Below, one piece after another: positions 16,048-26,188 of a stretch of 64,000 bases of DNA; positions within the stretch are counted from its first letter, which is position 1, and every line of letters starts with the position of its first letter. A program made the translations under genes and the position numbers. The notes under the pieces were generated by a model. That model had not been told where the DNA came from, did no database searches, and saw nothing but the letters and a program-made list of their open reading frames with translations. Source of the stretch: a virus; the IMG/VR virus record IMGVR_UViG_3300027985_001729, positions 11,304-75,303 of that record; one strand, written 5' to 3'.

Positions 16048-19000
16048 CCGAATGACGAGATGGTAGCCACACCGAACCAATCGAGGTTCTTGGCTACTGT
16101 TCCAGTGACCTGAAATCGTACCTCGTTGCCAACGATCGTGACGGTTGGCGCCGGTGTAGTAGAAAAATCGTCGTCCTGCATCGGCGTGGCTATGCCTCCG
16201 CCGCTCACCCGGCTGAACAGCCAAGGGGCCCCGCTATCCGTCGAGAGGGTTGACGGAGCCCCAGCCCCTCTCTTTACACCTACCTGACGCATCGTGACGT
16301 ACACGTTTCCTGTGGCTGCCTCGCGCATGAGGACCTCGAGGACCACGTTCGTCACGGTGTTTGCGTCTGGAGTGAATGCGACCAGCGTCACCGTGGACCC
16401 ATCCGTGGTAGACACGTTGCCTGTGATCTTGTCGAGCGTCTTCGTGGTACCGCCAGACGCCCCAACGGGTGCTAGGGTCGTGACGACGCCGTTCGAGCTC
16501 CTGATCTTCGTGGTCCCTGAGTCCACGTAGAGGTCCGCTGTGGATGCCGCTGTCGAGGAAGGGACCGTTGTGGCGTTCGTGATGGTCACCACGCCGTCGC
16601 TCGTGATTTTGAGCTGCACTGTGGCAGCGGCGCCGTTGACGCTCGAGGCGAAGACAAGGTTCCCGCTTGGGGAGGCGCCCTGCACCGGCTGCGTTTGGAG
16701 AGCCCACAGGACTGTCTGCGATGCGGCGACACCAGTCGCCCATCCGCGCCCCTCGATCATCAGAGGCGGGCTGTATTGCTGAGCCCCATCCGCGGCTGGC
16801 GTTGAGTTGACAACACTCACGCCGTTGGTGAGCGTGAGCGTTGTTCCCTGCCCGCCGTACTTGAACGACGTCAGCACCTCGGCGACGCGCAGCACCTCGG
16901 CGGAGTTGACGTTGACAGCGAACCAACCACCCGACTTCGCAGCAACCTGCGTGAGGGCTGTGTAGGTTGTCTCGCCAAGGTAGAGGCCGTCGTCGGCGCC
17001 GACGGCAATGACCACATCGCCGGTATCCGCAAAGTTTCTCGCCCCAGCGAGTACGCTCAGGTTCGGCGCGCGGAGAAGCCCGGATGACGATATCGTGCCG
17101 GTCGGTGCGCCGAAGTAGCTCGCCAGCAGAGGAAGCGCGGGCCCGAGGGACGTCCCGAGGCCAGCGGTGTCGTACGCAAGTCGCCATACTGAATTCCCCT
17201 CGTCCCACACGATGGCGGCCTGGTCGGTGTAATTTGCCCCATCCGCTCCACGCCCGGCCGCAAAGCCGATGTATGTCCCCGGCGACGGAGGTGCAGCTCC
17301 AGCAACGGTTGACGTGTTCGATCGGACGAACCCCGGGGTGAAGCGCGCGTGTGCCTCGTTGACGTCCAGTGCCTGTGTCGCGTTGATGCGAAACACCAGG
17401 TTTCCACCACCGTTAGCGGTCAGCAAAAAGCTCGTAGCGTCAGCCGTGCCGATCTCGATCACGTCAGCGGACGTGAGCTTGATCAGGTCGATGTCAGTCC
17501 CGCTCGTGGGGCCGTACACGGTGACCGCGGACACGTCAGCTACCCCGCGCAGTGTTCCAGAGGCAGCCGCGGTAGCAGTCGCCGCAAAGTAACCAGCCTG
17601 CACAGCGCCTGATACGGAAAGGAACCCGCTATCGCTGAGGCTCATTCGATCGATGTACGATGCCGCAGGCTCAGCCTTGCTCGCCCAGACGAACTGGATG
17701 GTGACGGGATCGCCATCTGTCGCCCGAGCCTGGGTAGCCCAAGAGGCATCACGTGAAACCAGGCTCGTCGTGTCCCACGCTTTCGCGGTCTGGATGAGCG
17801 GTGGGCTGTGCTGCGGGACGCCTGCCGCTGCCGCCGTCGTAGAGCTCGCCTCGAATGTCGCCACAGCGTCCGATGTCAATGCCCCAACGGCGGCCCGGTC
17901 GGCTCGGATAAGGCCATTCGCGTCGCGCTGTGGGATCGAGTAGGTCGTGGCCGCATCGAGGACCACGTGGGCGCCGACCTGCACGAAGGTGAGCGGGGTG
18001 GTTCCGAGCGTGATCGGTCCGATCGTCGTCAGGGCCCAAACCGAGCTCGCGTAACGCGTCCCTTCTGCAACAGCCACGAGCAGCCCGGGGGAGACCTCGG
18101 ACGAGGCGTCTGCGTCCGTCGCTCGAGCCCACCCGCCGCCCGTGTTGACTACCCAGATCCCGTTGTTCTCTCCAGCGGCCTGAGCCGTCTCGAGAATCCT
18201 GTCCCCGTCAGCGTAAACGATACCATCAGCGGCGTAGGCTCCAACAAGCGCGTGGTTCTCCGTTGCGACCCCGCGCGCGAGCACCTTGGCCACCCCGGCG
18301 CCGAGCACGGCCCCATCAACGTAGTCCTTATTGGTCGCATCTGTGCCCGCGACAGGAGGGGCGACGTTGGTGATTTTCTGGTTGTTGACCGAGACGTCCC
18401 CAGCGCTCAGGGCGAGAGCGGCGCGGACGGTACCTTCGTCAACCGTCACGGCGCTAAGCCCGTCGAGCTTGGTCTTGTCGGCGGAGCTCATGAAGCCGGC
18501 GTCCGTCGTTGTGGCGACGGCGTGTTGGGTTGGATCGGTCTGCGCGCCGTGGTCGTGGACGTGATCGCGCCGTGCGAGCTCGAGAGCGACACCTTCCGCG
18601 TTCGCTGCGCCCACGCTGACCGGAACGCCCACGTTGATGGCGTGCTTGTGGTCGAGCGGGCTTGCAGTGGCCGCAGCTCCTACCGCGGCCGCGCCAGCGT
18701 CGAGCGTCGTAGGAAGCCCAGCCCCAAGGGACACGCCACCGCCGACGCCGCCAGCGATGGCGGCGTCGAGGCCGCGCAAGTCCTGCCGGAGCGCCTGCGT
18801 GTATTTGCGCACGTCGAACTGGACGTCCTCGAGATAGGCGACGTCGATGGTCCCCCCAGCCCCTACGATCGACAAGGCCGATGTGTTGTCGTAGAGCTGA
18901 TCGCTCACCTCCCCGTCGAGCAACCTCTGGTTGACCTCGAGGTCGAGCAGCCACTTGCCGAACGATGGAGCAGCAGGGAGCGTGAACGACGGCGGTGAAG

Positions 19001-19229
19001 CGCTCGCTGAGTAGCTGTAGATCGAGTTGCCTTCGTCGGTCCATCCAACAGGGCATGGAAACTCGACGGACGAGTAGAACCCGTAGATGCGCCACGTCTG
19101 CGATCGCCACCCGCTCGAGTTCTCGGCGGCGAGCGTGATGGTGTCACCATTCGCCACCGTGAGGCCGCCGCTCGTGAGCGGCCCGGCGTTCACGGACACC
19201 AAGATCTTCGCGTAGGGGGTTGTGGGCAT
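16044..19229 (-). CDS. Tail fibre / receptor-binding protein
   Basis: 1061 aa, A/G/T/S-rich; KITNVAPPVAGTDATNKDYVD neck motif; GDRIL..Q....ENNGIWVV..GWARATDAD fibre motif. Confidence 0.85.
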   Translation of the reverse strand: MPTTPYAKILVSVNAGPLTSGGLTVANGDTITLAAENSSGWRSQTWRIYGFYSSVEFPCPVGWTDEGNSIYSYSASASPPSFTLPAAPSFGKWLLDLEVNQRLLDGEVSDQLYDNTSALSIVGAGGTIDVAYLEDVQFDVRKYTQALRQDLRGLDAAIAGGVGGGVSLGAGLPTTLDAGAAAVGAAATASPLDHKHAINVGVPVSVGAANAEGVALELARRDHVHDHGAQTDPTQHAVATTTDAGFMSSADKTKLDGLSAVTVDEGTVRAALALSAGDVSVNNQKITNVAPPVAGTDATNKDYVDGAVLGAGVAKVLARGVATENHALVGAYAADGIVYADGDRILETAQAAGENNGIWVVNTGGGWARATDADASSEVSPGLLVAVAEGTRYASSVWALTTIGPITLGTTPLTFVQVGAHVVLDAATTYSIPQRDANGLIRADRAAVGALTSDAVATFEASSTTAAAAGVPQHSPPLIQTAKAWDTTSLVSRDASWATQARATDGDPVTIQFVWASKAEPAASYIDRMSLSDSGFLSVSGAVQAGYFAATATAAASGTLRGVADVSAVTVYGPTSGTDIDLIKLTSADVIEIGTADATSFLLTANGGGNLVFRINATQALDVNEAHARFTPGFVRSNTSTVAGAAPPSPGTYIGFAAGRGADGANYTDQAAIVWDEGNSVWRLAYDTAGLGTSLGPALPLLASYFGAPTGTISSSGLLRAPNLSVLAGARNFADTGDVVIAVGADDGLYLGETTYTALTQVAAKSGGWFAVNVNSAEVLRVAEVLTSFKYGGQGTTLTLTNGVSVVNSTPAADGAQQYSPPLMIEGRGWATGVAASQTVLWALQTQPVQGASPSGNLVFASSVNGAAATVQLKITSDGVVTITNATTVPSSTAASTADLYVDSGTTKIRSSNGVVTTLAPVGASGGTTKTLDKITGNVSTTDGSTVTLVAFTPDANTVTNVVLEVLMREAATGNVYVTMRQVGVKRGAGAPSTLSTDSGAPWLFSRVSGGGIATPMQDDDFSTTPAPTVTIVGNEVRFQVTGTVAKNLDWFGVATISSFG

Positions 19230-19295
19230 CGTGATGGTTCCGACTGTCTATCTGAGGAGATATGAGCGACTGGAAGAAGAAAAGGTATGTAGCGG

Positions 19296-20411
19296 CTACG
19301 GGTAGGTATTCCCAACGGTCTTGATTTCGTACCTACCGTTCGTCGTGCTCCAGTATATCGTTACGCTCATTCTGAGCCTGAACGAACTGACGACGGCAAA
19401 GATGAAGATCTGCGTTCCGTTGGCCCTCTTCAACTCGGTACTGAATCCGCTCGGGTAGCTGTGGGATTCCACAGCAAACTCGAAGGTTCCAGCGCCGGAA
19501 TAGTTAGCCAGAGTGATCGACCTGTTCGCTGTTGGAGACCCAGCAAGCCAGATGTCTGCCTCCCACGGGTTGATCGTCGTGTTGGAGTCAGGAAGTACCT
19601 GCTCGCGGATGTGCGTGATCGATGTCGATCCGCTCTTCACCACGAGTCCTTGGTGGGAGAGTTGGGCGCCTGACTTAATGCGGGCGACGCCTCCGCTCTC
19701 AATATTGAGCGACCCGAGAACCGCAACGACGGAACCGGCATTCGTGGTGATCGACGCGGCGCTTTCGACGGTCCCAGCCGATCCACCCTTCATCGCCCAC
19801 GTCGCACCGCTCTGCCACTCCACCGACCCGAGGACGTTTATCTTCCCGCCGGCGCTCACCACGAAGGTGGCGCCGGCGTCGAGGTTCGGAACTCCCTTGA
19901 TCTTGTTACCGGCGAGATAGTTGAAGATCCCGCTCATGGTGTTTGTGCCGTTGAGCTCGGCGGTACCGTAAAGACCTACGAAGCCCGTAGCGTTCACGGA
20001 CACGGACCCAAGCACAGTGAGACCAGCACCGTCCTGGATGGTCGCCGTCGCCCCGTTCAGCATCACGATGGATGACGTACTCGTGAACGTGAAGCTCGAG
20101 GTGATCGTGGTCGTCCCGCTGAACGTCGCCGTGGCGCCATTCTGCAAGGTCATTGTGCCGCCAGAAGCGATCGTCAGGAACTTGCCGCTGGTGATGGTGA
20201 TCTGCGCGTCAGCACCAATGAGCGGACCTGTGACGGTGAGCCCGAGTCCTCCGATGGTGATGACGGCAGCCGGCGCCCACGTCCCACCATCGTCGCCGTT
20301 GATTGCCTTGAACAGCGTCTGGTCGAGATAGGTGAACTCTGCGGCCGTCGGGACGTCGAGCGGGCTCCAAACGCCTGATGTGGCTGTGCGGACGTAGTCG
20401 TTGTGCGGCAT
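19296..20411 (-). CDS. Tail fibre-like / beta-helical baseplate-associated protein
   Basis: Repetitive T/G/S beta-strand pattern; follows the gp48-like gene. Confidence 0.7.
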   Translation of the reverse strand: MPHNDYVRTATSGVWSPLDVPTAAEFTYLDQTLFKAINGDDGGTWAPAAVITIGGLGLTVTGPLIGADAQITITSGKFLTIASGGTMTLQNGATATFSGTTTITSSFTFTSTSSIVMLNGATATIQDGAGLTVLGSVSVNATGFVGLYGTAELNGTNTMSGIFNYLAGNKIKGVPNLDAGATFVVSAGGKINVLGSVEWQSGATWAMKGGSAGTVESAASITTNAGSVVAVLGSLNIESGGVARIKSGAQLSHQGLVVKSGSTSITHIREQVLPDSNTTINPWEADIWLAGSPTANRSITLANYSGAGTFEFAVESHSYPSGFSTELKRANGTQIFIFAVVSSFRLRMSVTIYWSTTNGRYEIKTVGNTYP

Positions 20412-20420
20412 TATTTTGGC

Positions 20421-21392
20421 TCAGGGGTATGTGACGCTGCCGAGCGTTGTTGCGCTTAGGTGGCTGAGCTCTACCTGGAATGGGCCGCTCATTTTGGCTG
20501 ATGTCTCCTCGACAACGGCCCACGTGGTAACTCCGCGCATCGCGCGCTGCATCAGTTCGTTAACCTTTCGCCTCGTCTCTGGGTCGATGGCCGCGTCGCT
20601 CTTGACGAGTACGATCACGGATCGTTGGGTGCTCGACCAGATCGGCATGGGCGCAGTGGTCGCCCAAGAGTTCGGCTCATGCGCATTGGCGAAGTCAGCA
20701 ACGAACGCGAGCTCGCCCTCGCCGAACCCAAAGTCCAGACTGATCACCGTAATGGTCTCGGTTCTCCCAGATATCTCTGGCTCGACGCACAGCTTGTCAC
20801 CAGGAGAGAGCGTGTGGACACCTACGTTCGCTGTTGGGGAGATCGGCGTGTATGTGACGAGCTGCTGACCGATGATCGAGATCGTGCTCGTGATCCTGAT
20901 GAGCTTTCTTGTCACGGCTGGCGTTTGCAGGTTCATCGGCTGGTCACCGATGTTCGCCGGGGTGACCAGGATCTCGGACGGCTGCGTGGTCCTGTAGGAG
21001 ACGAAGTTGTCACCAAGAAGAGTGCGCAGGGTGTCTTCAACAGCCTCACGCGACGCCCCGCGCGGTAGCAGGCGACGGGCGGCCACGGTGCGTCGACGCT
21101 CGATGTCGGTGTCGTTCGGACCTGGGACGATTTCGTACTCGGCCTCGCGGATAGGGAGGCACTCCTCGAGCCTGAGCGGATCGAGTTGGTGGGCTGCATG
21201 CCTCAGCGCGTTTCGCACGTAGGCAAGGCGCATGGCCTTGGCGTAGATGCTCGCCTCGACGTGGGTCCCCTCCTCGACGTTGAAGTTGTTGCCGAGGGAC
21301 GCGATCATCGCGTCATAGATTCGCCGCGCGACGCTTTCATCCCCGCTGAGCTCGAGGATGCCGAGTGGAGTGAAAGCGCTCAGGATGGGCAT
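20421..21392 (-). CDS. Baseplate wedge protein (Mu gp48/DUF2313-like)
   Basis: LDP....ECLP..EAEYEI.P..NDTDIERRRTVAAR motif; downstream of baseplate J. Confidence 0.7.
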   Translation of the reverse strand: MPILSAFTPLGILELSGDESVARRIYDAMIASLGNNFNVEEGTHVEASIYAKAMRLAYVRNALRHAAHQLDPLRLEECLPIREAEYEIVPGPNDTDIERRRTVAARRLLPRGASREAVEDTLRTLLGDNFVSYRTTQPSEILVTPANIGDQPMNLQTPAVTRKLIRITSTISIIGQQLVTYTPISPTANVGVHTLSPGDKLCVEPEISGRTETITVISLDFGFGEGELAFVADFANAHEPNSWATTAPMPIWSSTQRSVIVLVKSDAAIDPETRRKVNELMQRAMRGVTTWAVVEETSAKMSGPFQVELSHLSATTLGSVTYP

Positions 21393-21907
21393 CAGAAGAC
21401 CTCGACGATGAACCCGATGTCTGCGAGCGCCCCGGTCTGGTCCCTCATCTTTACGCTCACGCCACCGGTGATATTCGCGGCGAACGGAGCGCATGCAGCA
21501 ACGTCCTCTGCGAGGTGCGCCTGCGGAGATCGTCTTGGAGCTGGGAAGACCTGGATCGGATTACCGAGTCCATCCGTCTTCGCCCATGTGATTTCGACGA
21601 TGCCAGTGCCCACGTGGGTGATGGTCAGGTCGGCGAGAACGAGGTTCGTGCGGTTGGCTCGAAAGCTCGAGAGAACAGGAACACCTCCGCTAAACTGAAC
21701 CTCGAAATCGGCCACTGGCGCGAGCAGGGCGAGACGCTCGAGTTGCTTCGCCCACTGGTTGAGTTGCTCCGCGTAGGGCATCCTGCGCTTGTCTGGAGGG
21801 AACCGCGTGTCGTTTTCGAGCGTGGCGCCGCCAAGATCCTCGAGGGATGGTCGCCGGGGGACGTCCATGTCCCAGGTGAGTTGGTCGGGTGCGCTGGTCA
21901 TGTTCAA
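21392..21907 (-). CDS. Hypothetical baseplate-region protein
   Basis: Overlaps both neighbours. Confidence 0.7.
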   Translation of the reverse strand: MNMTSAPDQLTWDMDVPRRPSLEDLGGATLENDTRFPPDKRRMPYAEQLNQWAKQLERLALLAPVADFEVQFSGGVPVLSSFRANRTNLVLADLTITHVGTGIVEITWAKTDGLGNPIQVFPAPRRSPQAHLAEDVAACAPFAANITGGVSVKMRDQTGALADIGFIVEVF

Positions 21908-23409
21908 CTCGCGTAGAGGGCAAGATCGCCCAATGTGAGGATGTAGGAGAGCACGGCTGGGACACCAACTGGCGTTTCGTAGGGGACCGACGGGGCGAGG
22001 AGCACGGCGTCTGCTACGCCGCTTGTGCCAGTAAGCGTGCAGATGACCACGTTTCGGATGACGTTGGCATCGCTCTGCGGGCTCTCTGGCTGACGTCTCT
22101 GCCGCCGCCCTGGGTCGGGGAAGGATGCCACCTGCTCCCCTGGCCCGAGGCCAGCAAGGTAGGTCAGGACGGGGGACACGATCGAGTCCATGGATGGGCT
22201 ATACGGGCTCGCGGCCTGGCCTACGATGGGCGAGTAAATCGTGTCCGAGGCATCGAAAAGCGTATCGAACAAGAGGTCCCATTCCTTGCCCGAGACGATC
22301 GTCGACACGCTTCCGATTCTCTTCCTCGAGAACTTCGCCGTGTCGGCGTTGAAAAAAGCGATCGTTTGCCCAGCAACAGGATCTGCAATAACTGTCCCAG
22401 TCTTCAATCGAGCGGAGGAAACGGTGGGTGTCGCGCCACCGTCTACGACTACCTGATCGCCAGACACGAATGGGGGCCACGGAGAGGTGTCTGCCCAGTT
22501 GGACGCGCCAGCCCCCCACGTCACCTTTATAGCCAAGGAGATGGGTGACTCGATGAGCTCACACGCGAAGATTCCGTCATCCGCAGGGAACTGGCCGATG
22601 AGCCAGTCGTGCACCGCAGCGATCTCGATTGGATTCGGGACACGCGAAGACGTGGGCGATGGGGCGCGGATCGTGAACACGAAAGAGGTTGTCCCAGGGC
22701 CCTTGATCGCTGGGTATGTGAACGCCTTGTCGACAGCCACACCGGGCGTTTTACGGATCGCCTCCTGGTATGCAGCGTCGTTGCCGCTTGCGGGTGGGTT
22801 CGCCCGCTTGGCTGAGATGAGAGCGCGGTAGCTCACGTCGTCGTCGGCGTTGCGCCCACCGCTGAGCCCGCTCCCGTCGTTCTGCTCGAGCACGACCGCG
22901 TTGACGGAAACGCCGGCAGGTTGCGGCACGAATTGAAGCACCGAGTTCGGCGGTAGGTTTGTCTCTGGTCCCGTGTCGATCCCAGACACGGGCACCGGAG
23001 ATCCCCCGGTGACGTACGTGTCCGTTCTTGTCACGCGGAATCGGAGCTGAGTCTTTCGATCGCGAAGCACCTGACCAGCGAGGATCGTTGCTCCGCCTGT
23101 GGCCGTCGTGACGCTCGCAAAGCCGCTGGCTCCTACCGCTGGACGCTTGAGAACTCCATCGGGGATGCCATGGACATCCTCGAGCCACGTGCCGCTGCTC
23201 GTGTTGAGGTTGGTACCCCTCGAGATGACGAGCGCGTCATCCACGACGAAGATGAGCTGGTCTGATAGGACGGACCCATCGACATATGGGAGCGACTTCG
23301 GACCAACGTCGGCACCTGGCACGCGGAACTGGTAGTCGCGCGTGTAGTCGTCACGGAGCTCGTCGCGCGTCTTGACGACGACCTCGCCGGGGCTGTTCTC
23401 ACGAGGCAT
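21904..23409 (-). CDS. Baseplate J-like protein (Mu gp47)
   Basis: GGRNADDDVSYRALI..RANPPASGNDAAYQ...PGVAV..A...KGPGT motif. Confidence 0.9.
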   Translation of the reverse strand: MPRENSPGEVVVKTRDELRDDYTRDYQFRVPGADVGPKSLPYVDGSVLSDQLIFVVDDALVISRGTNLNTSSGTWLEDVHGIPDGVLKRPAVGASGFASVTTATGGATILAGQVLRDRKTQLRFRVTRTDTYVTGGSPVPVSGIDTGPETNLPPNSVLQFVPQPAGVSVNAVVLEQNDGSGLSGGRNADDDVSYRALISAKRANPPASGNDAAYQEAIRKTPGVAVDKAFTYPAIKGPGTTSFVFTIRAPSPTSSRVPNPIEIAAVHDWLIGQFPADDGIFACELIESPISLAIKVTWGAGASNWADTSPWPPFVSGDQVVVDGGATPTVSSARLKTGTVIADPVAGQTIAFFNADTAKFSRKRIGSVSTIVSGKEWDLLFDTLFDASDTIYSPIVGQAASPYSPSMDSIVSPVLTYLAGLGPGEQVASFPDPGRRQRRQPESPQSDANVIRNVVICTLTGTSGVADAVLLAPSVPYETPVGVPAVLSYILTLGDLALYAS

Positions 23410-23878
23410 AGGTGCGTACCTGAATCCGCCTTGCCGATGTCACGTTGTTGGTCGTCGCCAAGAAGAGGTTGCGGTAGTTCACGTAGACGAGCAGTCGCCC
23501 AGACGGACGCGGCTCGATTTGCGTCTCGACGGATAGCACCTCGATTTTTTCATCTTGTACCAACGTCTCGAGAGATCTGTTCACCGCATCCCTGACCTTG
23601 CTCTCCGTTCGCTGGTCAAGATAGACGATGCTCCGAATTGCAGCGCCAAGCTCTGGGACAGAAGAAAGCGTTCCGAGCGTGACGAGTAGCGACAGCGCAA
23701 CCTGCTGGTCCACTGGGTGGATCTCCTTGTAGAGCCCGTCGTCGAGGAGAATGTTTTTTGCCCCGACGCCATCGAACAGGATGGCCGCAGGTGGCTCGAC
23801 GGCACGCGGTGGTGGAGGAGATCCAAGGGGGTCCTCCCCATAGAATCCTTGTCCGAATGCATAATCGCCGAAGGCCAT
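23399..23878 (-). CDS. Baseplate wedge / sheath initiator (gp46/gp25-like)
   Basis: QQVALSL...GT..SVPELG...VRDAVNRSL..LV motif; located between spike and J. Confidence 0.7.
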   Translation of the reverse strand: MAFGDYAFGQGFYGEDPLGSPPPPRAVEPPAAILFDGVGAKNILLDDGLYKEIHPVDQQVALSLLVTLGTLSSVPELGAAIRSIVYLDQRTESKVRDAVNRSLETLVQDEKIEVLSVETQIEPRPSGRLLVYVNYRNLFLATTNNVTSARRIQVRTYAS

Positions 23879-23885
23879 GTGAAGC

Positions 23886-24206
23886 TCAGTTGAACGGGCA
23901 GGGTGGGTCGGGTACCGCTGGGATCGTTGGAAGGTCAGGAACGGGAGGGAACGGGAGGGCGTAGCCGAGGGCGATCGAAGGGACGCCTGGGAGCCCTGGC
24001 GGTGTTGGGACACCCGGCAGTGATGGCAGGTCTGGAGCGCCAGGGATGGGTGGCGATGGGATCGCGTAGCCAAGAGCCACAGACGGTGGGCCCGGGAGCC
24101 CTGGAGGCGTTGGCACCCCAGGCACTGGAGGGAGGCCTGGAAGCCCAGGAATGGGCGGTCCAGGCAGCGCGTAGCCAAGCGGGACAGAGGGATACGCGCA
24201 CGGCAT
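23886..24206 (-). CDS. Pro/Gly-rich repeat protein directly after the spike gene
   Basis: Three S(V/I)xLGYA(L/I)P repeats; TGATG coupling. Confidence 0.7.
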   Translation of the reverse strand: MPCAYPSVPLGYALPGPPIPGLPGLPPVPGVPTPPGLPGPPSVALGYAIPSPPIPGAPDLPSLPGVPTPPGLPGVPSIALGYALPFPPVPDLPTIPAVPDPPCPFN

Positions 24207-25018
24207 CAGCTCGAGCTCAACTTGGTTGCTGCGACGGTGGGCGCGAGATTTGGCGGAGTGCCGGTAACCGACCCGGGGGCGAGGCCATTCAAGGCGCTGA
24301 TGATCTGCGCGAGCAGCGGCGTGAGCTGTGCGACGTATGCCTGGATCTCATCGGACAGCGCGACCGATCGAGGGGCAGGGCCAGGGGCGGAAGGGGTTGG
24401 GATTCCGACCGCGAGGCCTCCGACGAGTTGTCCGTTGCCGTTGAGAGCGATGCCATCGTCGTTGATCTCGATGTATGCGTCGCCCGCCTTGTTCGACAGG
24501 ATGATGCTGTTTTTGCCGCCAGCGACCAGGCGGATCGCCATTCCAGCGCCGTGGATGAGTTGGATCGCCTCGGAGCCGTCAGTGGCGACGTCGATGCTCA
24601 GCGCGCTTGCTGTTGGCGTCTCGCTCGCGTGGGGCACGTATACAAGGAATGACCCCGTGTCCCCGTCAAAGCTGGCGAATGGGAGGATGTCGCGTCCTGT
24701 GTCCCCGTAAAACATCGTCCCGCCCTTTGCGAGCGGGGGGAGCTTCGAGGCGGTGCGCGGGTCGTTGAAGACCAGCGCGTGGTCGGCGTTACCCTCAGCA
24801 AGGCGAAGAACCGTGCATCCAATGAGCACGTCGCCGTTGGCATCAAGCGCTGGATCGCGCGGCCGTGCAGAGAACCCCATCGGGTGGTATGCCTCGAAGG
24901 CTGGCAGCCCGACGTCCTGCGAAGCGTTCTCCTGGCGCCCGAACCCGTCCACCTGTACGGTGATGAAGCCTTCGTCGATTTCTGAGAAGCGCGCCTGCAT
25001 GAGGTCGAAATATCTCAT
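24206..25018 (-). CDS. Baseplate spike (Mu gp45-like)
   Basis: YHPMGFSARP...DPR....PPLAKGGTMFYG motif; follows the hub gene. Confidence 0.8.
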   Translation of the reverse strand: MRYFDLMQARFSEIDEGFITVQVDGFGRQENASQDVGLPAFEAYHPMGFSARPRDPALDANGDVLIGCTVLRLAEGNADHALVFNDPRTASKLPPLAKGGTMFYGDTGRDILPFASFDGDTGSFLVYVPHASETPTASALSIDVATDGSEAIQLIHGAGMAIRLVAGGKNSIILSNKAGDAYIEINDDGIALNGNGQLVGGLAVGIPTPSAPGPAPRSVALSDEIQAYVAQLTPLLAQIISALNGLAPGSVTGTPPNLAPTVAATKLSSS

Positions 25019-26187
25019 GCGTCCGTCCCGAAGATCATGTCGTTTGGCCGTACGAGCACGAGGTCCGTCTCTGTCTGTGGGTTTCGACGGTAGGTGACCG
25101 ACTCAAGGTAGTATTTACCCTTGATCCCATATTCGTCGTCGTCAACCTCGACAATTGTATCTGGCGTCCAAACTGCTCGAGCGCCACCTGCGAGCGAAGG
25201 GATCGTGTGTCCGGCGACCGTGTAGTTCAGGTTCCAACCTACGCGCCTCGCCTCAGCGAGCTTGCGACGCGCGTAGAACTCCGCCTGCTCCTTGTTCGTG
25301 ATGTTCGAGTCGCGCTTCACAAGCGGGCGACGCATGCCTATGTCGAACATCTCCTCATCGACGAAAGCTCCCTGCACCTGCGCGCGACCGCTCTTTTTCC
25401 CTGGCCCTCTGCCGCAGATGATCGCTTCTGAGAAACGCTGCGATGTAGCGTTCCTGAAGCGAGCTCGCTTCACGTTGACCTCCGACCTCGTTTGACCGCG
25501 CCTGCGCAGGATCCTGTAGCTCGGATCCTGGGTAATATTCGGCTCACTGAGCACGTAGGAGCCATCGCCAGAGGCCCACAGGAAGAGGCCAGCACGGTCC
25601 AGTTGCCGCTTTACGAAGTCGTACCAGCGTTCGCCAAGGTTCGCCTTCAAGATCTTGTCAGTTGGGCCGGTCGTGTTCTCCGCTGGATCGGCGCCTGGTG
25701 CCGTCTGCCTCACCCCAATGCCAGAGCTCAGCTTGCGTCCAGCCTCATTCGAGGTGGTGAGGGTGTACGACCCCTCTCCGAGTACGGCGTTCAAGGCTTT
25801 CTCGACGAGGCTCTGGTAGGACTCGTCCTTGAGCGCGATCTCGCTCTCGATGCAGGCGTCGTGCAGGAAGGAGAGGACGTCCCTCCCGCTGATGTTGATC
25901 TCTGTCGCGCCAACGCTATCTTCTGCCTCGATGTCATCGATGACAGCCGTCTGCTGCAAGCAACCATTGATGCGTAGCCGAACCTGCAAAAGAGGTGGTA
26001 GCACCGCGAGCAGTTCCTTCGTCACGCCGCCCCATCCGAGCCGAATGCTGAACGTCGAAGGCTGCGTGAAGATGGACCTGCGAACCTCGTAGCTCTCGAG
26101 CGCTACAGCTTCATACTCATTGAACTCGATGACAACCGCGTCGTCATCGATATTTCCGGTCACATCTCCGAACGTGTCGTCGGCCAT
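25015..26187 (-). CDS. Baseplate hub (Mu gp44/P-like)
   Basis: ESYEVRRSIFTQPSTFSI, SGRD, GERWYDF, WTPDTIVEVDD motifs. Confidence 0.85.
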   Translation of the reverse strand: MADDTFGDVTGNIDDDAVVIEFNEYEAVALESYEVRRSIFTQPSTFSIRLGWGGVTKELLAVLPPLLQVRLRINGCLQQTAVIDDIEAEDSVGATEINISGRDVLSFLHDACIESEIALKDESYQSLVEKALNAVLGEGSYTLTTSNEAGRKLSSGIGVRQTAPGADPAENTTGPTDKILKANLGERWYDFVKRQLDRAGLFLWASGDGSYVLSEPNITQDPSYRILRRRGQTRSEVNVKRARFRNATSQRFSEAIICGRGPGKKSGRAQVQGAFVDEEMFDIGMRRPLVKRDSNITNKEQAEFYARRKLAEARRVGWNLNYTVAGHTIPSLAGGARAVWTPDTIVEVDDDEYGIKGKYYLESVTYRRNPQTETDLVLVRPNDMIFGTDA

Positions 26188-26188
26188 G

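Noticed and set aside
12454-20411. DGR or invertible fibre cassette
   Set aside because: No reverse transcriptase, invertase or template/variable repeat pair noticed
23886-24206. Collagen-like protein
   Set aside because: Gly does not recur at every third residue over any long stretch
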